A stretch of 64,000 nucleotides of DNA from Candidatus Peregrinibacteria bacterium CG2_30_44_17. Its GTDB lineage: Bacteria; Patescibacteriota; Gracilibacteria; UBA1369; UBA12470. Each line of letters begins with the position of its first letter. Within the stretch, counting starts at the first letter, position 1. A program made the translations under genes and the position numbers. The stretch is from NCBI GenBank assembly GCA_001873565.1, contig MNZJ01000012.1:439-64438 (forward strand), given 5' to 3'. Of this stretch, positions 6,996-15,786 are shown piece by piece. The notes beneath the pieces were generated by a model. The model saw nothing but the letters and a program-made list of their open reading frames with translations, did no database searches and was not told the DNA's origin.

Positions 6996-7307
6996 GTCCA
7001 GTAGCGGATAGACATCAATAGCAGGCTCCTCATAAGGATGAGCTGCTTTTACTTTCGAGATTATATCTGGCGCTTTGTCGCGAGGGCATATGGTTTCTAT
7101 TCTTTCTTCATCGACCTCGGTAATTTCGTGAATATTGCCAGTATGAGGACTGCTGCCATCAAGTGGGCGGAACCGTCCTACGCCTTTTGACGAGAAAGAG
7201 CACGAGTCGTAATTGCCAATGTTGCCTGCTCCGGCTTCTGCAAGAACGCTGCGTATGGAGTTCGCATAATCCGAAGGAGTGTAGATGACGATTTTTACTA
7301 GATCCAT
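6990..7307 (-). CDS. NIF3/YqfO-insert (PII-like, COG3323-type) small protein
   Basis: MDLVKIVIYTPSDYANSIRSVLAEAGAGNIGNYDSCSFSSKGVGRFRPLDGSSPHTG...HPYEEPAIDVYPL is the typical standalone NIF3-insert domain pattern. Confidence 0.6.
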   Translation of the reverse strand: MDLVKIVIYTPSDYANSIRSVLAEAGAGNIGNYDSCSFSSKGVGRFRPLDGSSPHTGNIHEITEVDEERIETICPRDKAPDIISKVKAAHPYEEPAIDVYPLLDL

Positions 7308-7340
7308 GGCGAACTTTTAGAATAATAGAGATCTCTATAA

Positions 7341-7416
7341 TGGAGCCGAGGATGGGACTTGAACCCACGACCTACGCGTTACGAGTGCGTTGCTCTACCA
7401 ACTGAGCTACCTCGGC
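7341..7416 (-). tRNA. tRNA-Thr (anticodon CGU), CCA encoded
   Basis: The reverse complement is GCCGAGGTAGCTCAGTTGGTAGAGCAACGCACTCGTAACGCGTAGGTCGTGGGTTCAAGTCCCATCCTCGGCTCCA. It folds as a cloverleaf with a 7-bp acceptor stem, GTTCAAG T-loop and CTCGTAA anticodon loop. Confidence 0.9.
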
Positions 7417-7551
7417 GAGACATACGTACTTTAAACAGCTTGAAAAAAATTCGCAATAGGGAGGCTTTCTCGCTATAATTCCACCCCTGGAGAAACGGAA
7501 GACAAATTCGCCTACACCCTACACCCTAAGTCCTAAATCCTAACCATATCC

Positions 7552-10173
7552 ATGTCCAAGAAACTGACGCCAATGATGGAGCAATATAATGAGATCAAAG
7601 CATCTCATAATGATGCCATACTGTTTTTTAGACTTGGGGATTTTTATGAAATGTTTGGAGCTGATGCAAAAGAGGCCTCGGTCATTCTTGGCATAACGCT
7701 GACGGCGAGAAACAAAGGCGAGCACAGAACACCAATGTGCGGGATACCTTATCACGCAGCAGAAAACTACGTCGCCAAACTGACAAAAGCCGGCAAAAAA
7801 GTAGCGATATGCGAACAAGTGAGCGATCCGAGTTTGCCTGGAATCGTGAAGAGGGAAGTCATCAAAATAATAACGCCCGGAACGACATTCAATGATAGTA
7901 TCCTTGATAAAAAAACCAACAATTTCGTTGCCAGTATTTTCCCTAAAGAGAACTATTTCGGTCTTGCGCTAGCTGACCTTACAACAGGAGAGTTCAAAGT
8001 AACGGAGATTAGCGGATACGGCGATCTCAAGGCGGAACTCACAAGAGTGCGGCCGTCAGAATGTGTAATCAGGCAGGATCTACTCGAGAGAGTCGACTTC
8101 AAAGAGTTCTTAGACTCCTTTGAAGATATGTATGTATTCAAGTTCGAAGACTGGAACGACCCGTACAAAACCTTGCTCGAGCATTTCAGCGTACGCAGTA
8201 TGGATGGATATGGAGTCGAAAGATGGCCTTTTGGAATGCGTGCGGCGGGGATACTGCTAAGTTATTTGAAATCGACTCAGAAGACAGACCTTAGGCATAT
8301 AACAAAAATTTCATCATACAGTACGGAGGAGACGATGCTGCTTGACGAAGCGACAATACAGAATCTCGAGATCATAGCCACTCTAAGGGAAGGGAAAAAA
8401 GACGGATCACTACTCGGCGTAATAGACGACACAATAACCTCAATGGGAGGAAGATTGCTTAAGAAATGGCTGCTTCGTCCACTGCTCAGCAAAGACGAAA
8501 TACAGAAACGTCTCGACAGCGTGGAAGAACTGGTCAAAAAACAGACAATCAAGCGCTCGCTGGAGGGTAGCCTTAAGCAAATTCTTGATTTGGAGAGATT
8601 AGTCGCCAGACTTAGTTGCGAAAGTGGGAACGCCAGAGATCTGATCGCTATCAAAACTTCACTTCAGGTCATCCCTGAGATCAAAAGGGCTCTCAAAGAC
8701 GCGAACTCAAAACTGCTCGTAAGCGCGAGGCAGAATTTGAAAGAGATAAAAAAACTTGTAGACTTAATAGAAACGGCGATACTCGATGAACCGAAAGTCA
8801 CACTCAAAGACGGAGGACTTATTAAAACAGGATTTTTCCGCGAACTCGATGAGCTCAGAAGCATAAGCAGCGAAGGAAAAAGCTTCATAACGGATTTGCA
8901 AAACAAAGAAATAAAACGAACGGGGATATCATCGCTCAAAGTGAGATACAATAGAGTGTTCGGATATTACATTGAGATCAGTAAGACGAATCTGAGTCTT
9001 GTGCCAAGCGACTACATCCGCAAGCAGACACTTGTTAACGCGGAGAGATTCATCACTCCGGAACTCAAGGAGTACGAAGAGAAAGTCTTAACCGCAGAAG
9101 ATAGAATTGTAGAACTCGAGCATAAGCTTTTTCTTGAGATAAAAAGTCAGGTCTTGGAGCATTTGGAAGGGATACAGAGCAACTCACTCATTATTGCGGA
9201 GCTCGATGTTTTGCACTCATTTGCGCAAACAGCGCTAAAGAATCGCTATACAAAACCTCTCATCAACAATAAGCAAAGGCTGGTAATCAAAAACGGACGA
9301 CATCCGGTTGTCGAACAGATGACATTCGGCAGAACATTCATACCCAACAGCACAGATTTGGATAACGAAACAAATCAATTCGTACTGCTTACAGGTCCGA
9401 ACATGAGCGGAAAATCGACCTACCTAAGACAGGTTGCGCTGATCACGCTGCTGGCACACATCGGTTCATACGTTCCCGCAGGGGAGGCTGATATATGCCT
9501 GACAGATAGGATCTTCACGAGAGTGGGAGCATCGGACAATCTGACAAAAGGGCAAAGCACTTTTATGGTGGAAATGCAGGAGACCGCAAACATAATCAAT
9601 AACGCGACACACAGAAGTCTTATCATCCTTGACGAGATAGGTCGTGGTACAAGCACATACGATGGCATGAGTCTTGCATGGTCCATTTGTGAATATGTCC
9701 ACGACAAAATCAAAGCAAAGACACTGTTCGCGACTCACTATCATGAGCTGATTGCGGTGGTTGATAGGCTGGAAAAAGGATCAAATTTCCACGTCACAGC
9801 GAAAGAAGACGCTCAAAAAGGGATAATTTTTCTCTACAAAGTTCTCGAAGGCGGAATAAGCAAAAGTTATGGGATAGAAGTTGGCAAACTCGCCGGCTTA
9901 CCTGTAGAAATCACAGAAAAAGCGATTCAGATTCTCGAAGAACTGGAAGAAGGAGTGTTGGAAAAGAGCATCAAAGAGAGACTCAAGACAGGCAAAACCC
10001 GCGTACCGGAATCGCAAATGGCCCTATTCGACAAAGCAACAAGCACTTACGCCGCTTCCCGCGAACCGGGCAAGCTAACGCATCCAGCCCTTGAAGCTTT
10101 GAAGAAGCTTGATATAAATACTATGACGCCGCTCGAAGCATTGAAAAAACTAAACGAGCTGAAAGACTTATAG
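7552..10173 (+). CDS. mutS: DNA mismatch repair protein MutS
   Basis: MMEQY...FFRLGDFYEMF N-terminus, Walker A GPNMSGKST, and ILDEIGRGTSTYDG...ATHYHEL. Confidence 0.95.
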   Translation: MSKKLTPMMEQYNEIKASHNDAILFFRLGDFYEMFGADAKEASVILGITLTARNKGEHRTPMCGIPYHAAENYVAKLTKAGKKVAICEQVSDPSLPGIVKREVIKIITPGTTFNDSILDKKTNNFVASIFPKENYFGLALADLTTGEFKVTEISGYGDLKAELTRVRPSECVIRQDLLERVDFKEFLDSFEDMYVFKFEDWNDPYKTLLEHFSVRSMDGYGVERWPFGMRAAGILLSYLKSTQKTDLRHITKISSYSTEETMLLDEATIQNLEIIATLREGKKDGSLLGVIDDTITSMGGRLLKKWLLRPLLSKDEIQKRLDSVEELVKKQTIKRSLEGSLKQILDLERLVARLSCESGNARDLIAIKTSLQVIPEIKRALKDANSKLLVSARQNLKEIKKLVDLIETAILDEPKVTLKDGGLIKTGFFRELDELRSISSEGKSFITDLQNKEIKRTGISSLKVRYNRVFGYYIEISKTNLSLVPSDYIRKQTLVNAERFITPELKEYEEKVLTAEDRIVELEHKLFLEIKSQVLEHLEGIQSNSLIIAELDVLHSFAQTALKNRYTKPLINNKQRLVIKNGRHPVVEQMTFGRTFIPNSTDLDNETNQFVLLTGPNMSGKSTYLRQVALITLLAHIGSYVPAGEADICLTDRIFTRVGASDNLTKGQSTFMVEMQETANIINNATHRSLIILDEIGRGTSTYDGMSLAWSICEYVHDKIKAKTLFATHYHELIAVVDRLEKGSNFHVTAKEDAQKGIIFLYKVLEGGISKSYGIEVGKLAGLPVEITEKAIQILEELEEGVLEKSIKERLKTGKTRVPESQMALFDKATSTYAASREPGKLTHPALEALKKLDINTMTPLEALKKLNELKDL

Positions 10174-10323
10174 AAACAAACGTTTCGCGCAGCGAAACTC
10201 CATCCCTACACCCTACACCCTATCCAAAATCAAAAACAAAAATTCCTGGAAGCACTCAACAGACGATACGTATCGGTTATTTTTGATATAGATGGAACGA
10301 TAACAGAGATTGGTGAGCAGGAC

Positions 10324-11097
10324 ATGCCTGTCGCTTTGGCCAAAAAGATGGCGGACTTGAGCCTGAAAATGCCGATAGCCTTCGGGACGGGGCGCATCAT
10401 GGAGCACCTCCAAGGTCATATTGAGCAAATCCTAAGATTCTCAAAAGATCCTGAGACAACAAAAAAGAACTGGTACATCATCGGAGAGAACGGCGGAGCA
10501 GGACATTGGTACAACCCTGATTCTAAGTCTTACGAGGAGTTTTATAGAGTCGATTGGGACAGCAGTTTGATCGATAGGCAAAAGCTCAAGGCTCTTATCT
10601 CGAAAGAGGCTAAGCAGCTAATAGAGTCAATCAGTATAAATCAAACGCAGTTTCTAATTAGACCGTACCGAGAGGGTGTGCCAATTGGGCAAGTCGCCAA
10701 AAACACCGCGAAAATCAAAGAGATCGCAGACACAATCATGAGATCTTACAAAGGGCATAATGAGTTTGAAGTCTTGGATTCCAGTATCGCAGTACATATA
10801 AACCCAAAAACCGCCAACAAAGACCTGGGGGTCCGCATGTATGCAAAGCTGCTTTCCGCGAAGCTGGGGATACAGTCAGGAGAATCTGCAAGAGATATCA
10901 TGGTTATTGGAGATCAAGCAGGGCCGGGCAGGAACGACTACGAGTTCTTAAAAGGAGACATCGGAACGCCATTCACAGTCGGAGATTTGGACCACGTGGC
11001 GGAGTGGCCATTACCTGTTTTTGATGGAGACAATGTTATAAAAGGTCCTGAAGGGACGCTATATCTTATAGAGAAGGCAAAATTCGGCTTGCGCTAA
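10324..11097 (+). CDS. HAD-superfamily (IIB-like) phosphatase; the true N-terminus very likely lies upstream of the first ATG
   Basis: Motif IV-like VIGDQAGPGRNDYEFL lies inside the ORF. The catalytic motif I (VIFDIDGT) is encoded in-frame at 10276-10299, upstream of the annotated ATG, with no ATG/GTG/TTG between the upstream stop (10171) and 10324. Confidence 0.7.
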   Translation: MPVALAKKMADLSLKMPIAFGTGRIMEHLQGHIEQILRFSKDPETTKKNWYIIGENGGAGHWYNPDSKSYEEFYRVDWDSSLIDRQKLKALISKEAKQLIESISINQTQFLIRPYREGVPIGQVAKNTAKIKEIADTIMRSYKGHNEFEVLDSSIAVHINPKTANKDLGVRMYAKLLSAKLGIQSGESARDIMVIGDQAGPGRNDYEFLKGDIGTPFTVGDLDHVAEWPLPVFDGDNVIKGPEGTLYLIEKAKFGLR

Positions 11098-11184
11098 GAC
11101 CGCCACTTTGTTATCCTCACCGCGCCTAAAAATATACTTTCTGCTCTTGAAATAGGCATTTGAGAGCTCTAACCGTAGAAAGAC

Positions 11185-11874
11185 ATGACGCAGTCAAATG
11201 AAAATGCTCGATCATACGAGCTTATGCTGGTACTAAAAGCTGACAAAGGCGACGATGCTATCCAGCAGCACGTGGCCGATATCAAGAAACTAATCACCGA
11301 TCTGGATGGTGACGTTTTCTTCGAGGACGTATGGGGTCGTAGAGAGCTTACATACAGAATCAGGAAAGAAGGCGCAGGTTACTACGTTGTACTCGATTTC
11401 AACATTGATGGTAGCAAACTCAAAGAGATCAGTGATCACTTGCGTATAGATCAGATGATCTTGAGGAGCTTGCTTACTAAGACACCTGATGGCTACAAGC
11501 CAACGGCAATTACGGAAGCAGATCTCGAATGGACCAAGAGGATTAAGAAAGATGACGAAACTGAGGAGAAGGAAGAGGAAGCTGAAAAGCCTGTAAAAGA
11601 GAAAGCGGTACGCAAAAAACCAGAAGTAAAAGAAGAAGTAGTAGCATTGGAGCCACGGGCAGAGGAAGAAGAGGTTGTCGAAGAAGCGCCGGAGGCTGAA
11701 GAAGCTGCTCCCGAAGTCAAGGCAGAGGAAGAAGCGCCAGAGGAAGCTCCTGCGAAAGAAAAAAAGAAGGAGAAAAAAGCTCCTAAGGTAGAGGACGAGA
11801 AGAAGACAATGGACGACCTTGATGAGAAGCTCAAGGCGATCATGAATGATACGGATTTGGATATTAGCTTATAG
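11185..11874 (+). CDS. rpsF: 30S ribosomal protein S6 with a roughly 120-aa acidic/lysine-rich C-terminal extension
   Basis: YELMLVLKAD...WGRRELTYRIRKEGAGYYVVLDF forms the core, followed by an EEKEEEAEKP...EEAPAKEKKKEKK tail. Confidence 0.9.
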   Translation: MTQSNENARSYELMLVLKADKGDDAIQQHVADIKKLITDLDGDVFFEDVWGRRELTYRIRKEGAGYYVVLDFNIDGSKLKEISDHLRIDQMILRSLLTKTPDGYKPTAITEADLEWTKRIKKDDETEEKEEEAEKPVKEKAVRKKPEVKEEVVALEPRAEEEEVVEEAPEAEEAAPEVKAEEEAPEEAPAKEKKKEKKAPKVEDEKKTMDDLDEKLKAIMNDTDLDISL

Positions 11875-11909
11875 AGGTTCCTAAATATACAATTTTAACA
11901 TTTTTACAA

Positions 11910-12344
11910 ATGAGGACAGTTAACAAAGTAATTCTAATAGGAAACCTAACACGCGACCCTGAGCTGAAAGAGACTCAGAATGGTCAAAAAGTAGTCACTT
12001 TTGGTGTCGCTACAAACAGAGAATGGACAACCAGCACGGGTGACAAGCAGGAATCTGCAGAGTTCACGGAGTGTGTAGCTTGGTCCAAGCTTGCTGAGAT
12101 ATGCGCGAGTCTGCTGACAAAGGGCAAACTTGTTTACGTAGAGGGATATTTGAAGACAAGATCTTGGGATCAGCCTGATGGGACTAAGAAACACAGGACA
12201 GAGGTTGTAGTCGAGGACATGGTTATTTTGGAAAAAAGGCAAGGCAGAGCCGGAGGCGAAATGATGAATGATAACGACGCATCAATGATGCCTGCGCGCG
12301 ACGAAGAAATGCCGTTGGACGACGACCTCTCTTTCGAAGGATAA
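11910..12344 (+). CDS. ssb: Single-stranded DNA-binding protein
   Basis: NKVILIGNLTRDPELKETQNGQKVVTFGVATNREW OB fold, with an acidic C-terminal tip PLDDDLSFEG. Confidence 0.9.
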   Translation: MRTVNKVILIGNLTRDPELKETQNGQKVVTFGVATNREWTTSTGDKQESAEFTECVAWSKLAEICASLLTKGKLVYVEGYLKTRSWDQPDGTKKHRTEVVVEDMVILEKRQGRAGGEMMNDNDASMMPARDEEMPLDDDLSFEG

Positions 12345-12382
12345 GACCCAAATGTTCGCTATATATTAACTCCAAGCTTAAG

Positions 12383-12580
12383 ATGAAAAAATGCCGATTC
12401 TGTAAAGAAGGTATAAAGCACATCGACTACAAGAGAATTTCTCTCTTGAGGCCACATATTACGAGCTTTAACAAAATACAAGCACGTAGATATAGTAACC
12501 TCTGTTTGAACCACCAGAAACAGATGTCGAACGCAGTAAAAAACGCACGAATTGTTGCACTGCTTCCTTTTGTGCCGTAA
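12383..12580 (+). CDS. rpsR: 30S ribosomal protein S18
   Basis: KKCRFCKEGIKHIDYKRISLLRPHITSFNKIQARRYSNLC...AVKNARIVALLPF, in the canonical rpsF-ssb-rpsR order. Confidence 0.9.
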   Translation: MKKCRFCKEGIKHIDYKRISLLRPHITSFNKIQARRYSNLCLNHQKQMSNAVKNARIVALLPFVP

Positions 12581-12773
12581 GGAGTCCTTGACTTTTATGC
12601 GAACCAAGGCATAAAACATACTCCTGTAAAGACTTCACATGTTCCAAAAAGCTGAAGCAGCAAAATGGGCTTGTGGGCGCAAGAAAGCGCTATAACTAGA
12701 TAACTCCAAAAACGCCTTTGCAATGCCTCAGGTGTTTTTTTGTACGTACAGGATTGTTCCAGAAGAGAAAATG

Positions 12774-12782
12774 TGGTAAAAT
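12774..12782 (+). promoter_or_regulatory. Extended -10 element TGGTAAAAT upstream of the 12.8-21.3 kb operon
   Basis: tgtggtaaaat lies 24 nt upstream of the ATG at 12806, downstream of a T-run at about 12744-12750. Confidence 0.35.
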
Positions 12783-12805
12783 AATAAGATTTAAAACACA
12801 TAAGA

Positions 12806-13294
12806 ATGACTGAAAGGAATTACCCACACGACACAACGCTACTGCAGTGGAAAGCACCGGAGTACGTTAAGTACCAAAAAGGACCTATCTGGACAACGAT
12901 AGCAGGTTCAATGACGGCTGCTTTGATAGCTTATGGAATACTCAGTGGATCGTGGAGTATGGCGGCTGCGTTTTTAGCATTGTCTCTGGCTTATTACGTC
13001 CAGCACAAACAGGAGCCAAGAGAAGTGATCATAGAGATAACAGAGCTGGGAATCAAGGCCGCAGGACAGCTGTATGCATGGAGTCACATGAGGGCGTTTT
13101 GGATAATTTACGAACCACCAATCGTCAAGACTGTGCATCTAAGATTTGCAAAGAAGCACAAACAAGATTTGATATTGCAACTTGGAGATCAGAGCCCGGT
13201 AGAGGTACGAAAAATGCTCTTATCTCAACTCCCGGAATGGGAAGGCAAGGAAGAGGCTCCTCTTGATGCTCTAGTTAGAGCTTTAAAACTTTAA
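12806..13294 (+). CDS. Hypothetical 2-TM membrane protein (first gene of the orphan operon)
   Basis: 162 aa with two adjacent hydrophobic helices (IWTTIAGSMTAALIAYGIL / WSMAAAFLALSLAYYV), then a soluble beta-rich domain. Confidence 0.6.
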   Translation: MTERNYPHDTTLLQWKAPEYVKYQKGPIWTTIAGSMTAALIAYGILSGSWSMAAAFLALSLAYYVQHKQEPREVIIEITELGIKAAGQLYAWSHMRAFWIIYEPPIVKTVHLRFAKKHKQDLILQLGDQSPVEVRKMLLSQLPEWEGKEEAPLDALVRALKL

Positions 13295-13300
13295 AAAAAT

Positions 13301-14818
13301 ATGGCAGACGATCAAGGTAAAAAATTAGACAGAGTTCTCGAGCAGTCGGGCGAAAGCGCGGAAGAAAAGTTTAAAAAAAGAAGCAAAAGCCTGATAGGAA
13401 GGAACATCGTTGCGATGCCAAAAGGGGATTACGTTGCAAACGCTGTCCAAGATGAATTCAAGGACGACGTGGCACGCTTGATGACTGCGAATCAGATCGA
13501 GCTTAATAACAAGCATGAATCCGAGGCATCTTCCGCGACGTCTCAGTACGAAACGGCGCGCAAACAGATTCGCGATAAGTACAAGGAAGAGCTTACCGCA
13601 CTTCACAACAGATACGTGTCTGTGATGAAAGCTTATGGCAACAAACAGGGAGAAAAGCGCACAATTGATACAAAAGAGGAGGTTTATGAATTTACGAGAT
13701 TCGGGTTCGCAATGCTCAAAAACATGAACCTGCCGGAACTCGTCAACGCTGTCGGCGAAGACATGATTTACAGAGAGGCTGACGAAAAAGACAAGAAGAT
13801 GTTCCCGGTTATCGACAAGTTATCGCAAGGACAGAATTTGGAGCCTCAAGACTATTCGGATATTGCGGAAAGAATGACTAATTTGAGCGAAATAGACCTG
13901 AGCAACCTGAAGATAGACCAGAAAAAAATGGACGAAACACTTAGCACGATATCAAAAACAACTGTGCTATCTGCCGCGATGCTGCTTGATGAAGGACAGA
14001 GATTTGAGTTGGCTCAAGCACTTGTAAGAGAACATGGAGAAAAAGGAGCAAAAATAGTCCATGAGCTTACAAAAATGGGGTACTTCACCGCTGTTCAAAC
14101 GGAGGAGATCTTCGATAAATATTACACTACACCCGGAGCAGCTAGAAGCATGCACGAAAAGGCCGCAGCAGACGGCACATACGCGAGAGGTCAGCATGAA
14201 ATGGCGGAGCTTAGGGGAGAAGCCGTAGAGGGTCTGGATAAGTGGTTCCATAAGAACTTCGCGAATCATTCTTTGTCATACAAGAACGTCATCAACTACG
14301 AGATTATAGCGAGAGCTGCATTGGCGGTGGCGGTATTGAATATAGTCGTCAATCTCAAGAATAAAGACCCGGAAGCGGTACTGATGAATGTACCTATGTG
14401 GGGTGGTCTGGCTGCCGGAGCTTATATCTACAACGATGTGACTCAAGGAGGAGTGGAGAGAGCTTTGACAAAAGAAACAGATGTGGAACAGAGAAAGCGA
14501 GAAAAGAAGGAAATGGAGAGAAAGTTCAAAGAGAATTTCACGAGTCATCCGCAGTTGGCTAATTGGTTCGAGAACAATCTCGACGCGGTTAACACTGGAT
14601 TCACGGTGGCAAATCCAAAGAAAGAGAACGGTCCTTACACGATCACGCCGGAAGCTATGGGCGTTTCTAGTCCTGGAGAGAAAGATGGTAGAAGTGAGGA
14701 TCAATGCATACAAATAGTCAGTTCATGGCACAGGCTACTTTATTTCGATTTGGACAAGAAAACGGTGCAAGATCAGAAGACGTACATAGACGATGTCCTA
14801 CATAAACAAATAAATTAA
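13301..14818 (+). CDS. Hypothetical coiled-coil protein with a central TM hairpin (orphan operon gene 2)
   Basis: 505 aa. The start is 6 nt after the previous stop. Hydrophobic pair: IIARAALAVAVLNIVVNL and MWGGLAAGAYIY. Confidence 0.65.
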   Translation: MADDQGKKLDRVLEQSGESAEEKFKKRSKSLIGRNIVAMPKGDYVANAVQDEFKDDVARLMTANQIELNNKHESEASSATSQYETARKQIRDKYKEELTALHNRYVSVMKAYGNKQGEKRTIDTKEEVYEFTRFGFAMLKNMNLPELVNAVGEDMIYREADEKDKKMFPVIDKLSQGQNLEPQDYSDIAERMTNLSEIDLSNLKIDQKKMDETLSTISKTTVLSAAMLLDEGQRFELAQALVREHGEKGAKIVHELTKMGYFTAVQTEEIFDKYYTTPGAARSMHEKAAADGTYARGQHEMAELRGEAVEGLDKWFHKNFANHSLSYKNVINYEIIARAALAVAVLNIVVNLKNKDPEAVLMNVPMWGGLAAGAYIYNDVTQGGVERALTKETDVEQRKREKKEMERKFKENFTSHPQLANWFENNLDAVNTGFTVANPKKENGPYTITPEAMGVSSPGEKDGRSEDQCIQIVSSWHRLLYFDLDKKTVQDQKTYIDDVLHKQIN

Positions 14819-14820
14819 AA

Positions 14821-15786
14821 ATGGCCGAACTTGATCCTACAACAAGGAGAGTTATGGAAGAGAGGCTTATGCCAGCGGCAAAGAATCTACTCGGGAATAG
14901 AGGCAGCTCCGAAGTGCAGCAGCTACTAAAAGCCGGCGAAAACGCAACGGCGGAACAGAAGAAGAAAATCGCCGAAAAATACCTCGCACCTTTCTTCGGA
15001 GAGGGGTCGGAATATGGTGATATTTTGCTCGACGAAATATTAAAAATAGCATCAGACCAAGCAAAGCTTGATGCCGTAGACAAAGCCCTATCCAACTCAC
15101 CTGTTAACGCAAGTATAGATTTTAATCCAAACAAATTTTTGGAAAGAGCCGCAAGGCAGATGACAGGGAACTACGAAGGTACTGAGAATCCGAATTCCGG
15201 CAAAGACATAGACAAGATTCTTGCTCCGATGACTACGCCTACGCAAGATTTAAAAGGCGAGCAGGAGACCGATGGAAGAGCGAGAACACAGTCAAGAGTG
15301 GAGATCCAGGAGCATGAAGCGGGAGTTCCGGTTCCGCCTCCACCACCTCCGCCGGGGTTCAAAATCACAATTACGGAAGAAGAGGAAGGCGGGGAGGACT
15401 ACATAGGAGGCCAGATGGAAGGCTCAAAAGCGCAGGATCAACCCGATTCCGCGATGCCTGGTGCGGACGCAAAAACAGCTCGAGAAGCGAAGAAAGAAGG
15501 CTTAAATAAAGATAAAAAACGCGAAAAAGACGCATCGTACAAGGACGAAATGGCGGAGAACATACAGCAGCAACAGCATATGGCGGCAGCGGAAGTAGCG
15601 AGAGGCGAGGCGGAAGCAGCAGCAGAAGCGGAGCAGGCGGAAATGGACAAGAAAAAAGAAGGCACAACACTTGTTGGAAAACTAAAACACCCGGCCGTAT
15701 TAGCCGGCTTGACCGTAGGAGGCGCGGCAGCAGGAATAGGTAGTTTGTTGGGTCTTGATTACGGCGTAAACACATTATTCTCATGA
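14821..15786 (+). CDS. Hypothetical tail-anchored protein with a poly-Pro tract and charged low-complexity region (orphan operon gene 3)
   Basis: 321 aa. It starts 2 nt after the previous stop. Contains VPVPPPPPPPGF and a C-terminal TM, HPAVLAGLTVGGAAAGIGSLLGL. Confidence 0.6.
   Translation: MAELDPTTRRVMEERLMPAAKNLLGNRGSSEVQQLLKAGENATAEQKKKIAEKYLAPFFGEGSEYGDILLDEILKIASDQAKLDAVDKALSNSPVNASIDFNPNKFLERAARQMTGNYEGTENPNSGKDIDKILAPMTTPTQDLKGEQETDGRARTQSRVEIQEHEAGVPVPPPPPPPGFKITITEEEEGGEDYIGGQMEGSKAQDQPDSAMPGADAKTAREAKKEGLNKDKKREKDASYKDEMAENIQQQQHMAAAEVARGEAEAAAEAEQAEMDKKKEGTTLVGKLKHPAVLAGLTVGGAAAGIGSLLGLDYGVNTLFS

Noticed and set aside
10171-10173. Programmed TAG readthrough fusing MutS to the downstream HAD phosphatase
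   Set aside because: The shared frame has a one-in-three chance of occurring by accident, and a MutS-HAD fusion has no precedent I know of. Non-canonical initiation or reinitiation explains the data more simply. It is kept only as an alternative in the finding.
12581-12805. Intrinsic terminator after rpsR (T-run at about 12744-12750) and a possible small RNA in the 225-nt spacer
   Set aside because: Several short stems can be drawn (ccttg...caagg, ttttatgc...gcataaaa, gcgc-aagaaa-gcgc), but none is a convincing GC-rich stem directly preceding the T-run. It is left unannotated.
15783-15786. Alternative genetic code (UGA recoding, as in some candidate phyla)
   Set aside because: TGA cleanly terminates long ORFs (for example the 321-aa ORF at 15786, in an ATGA overlap), and all conserved genes are full length under the standard code.
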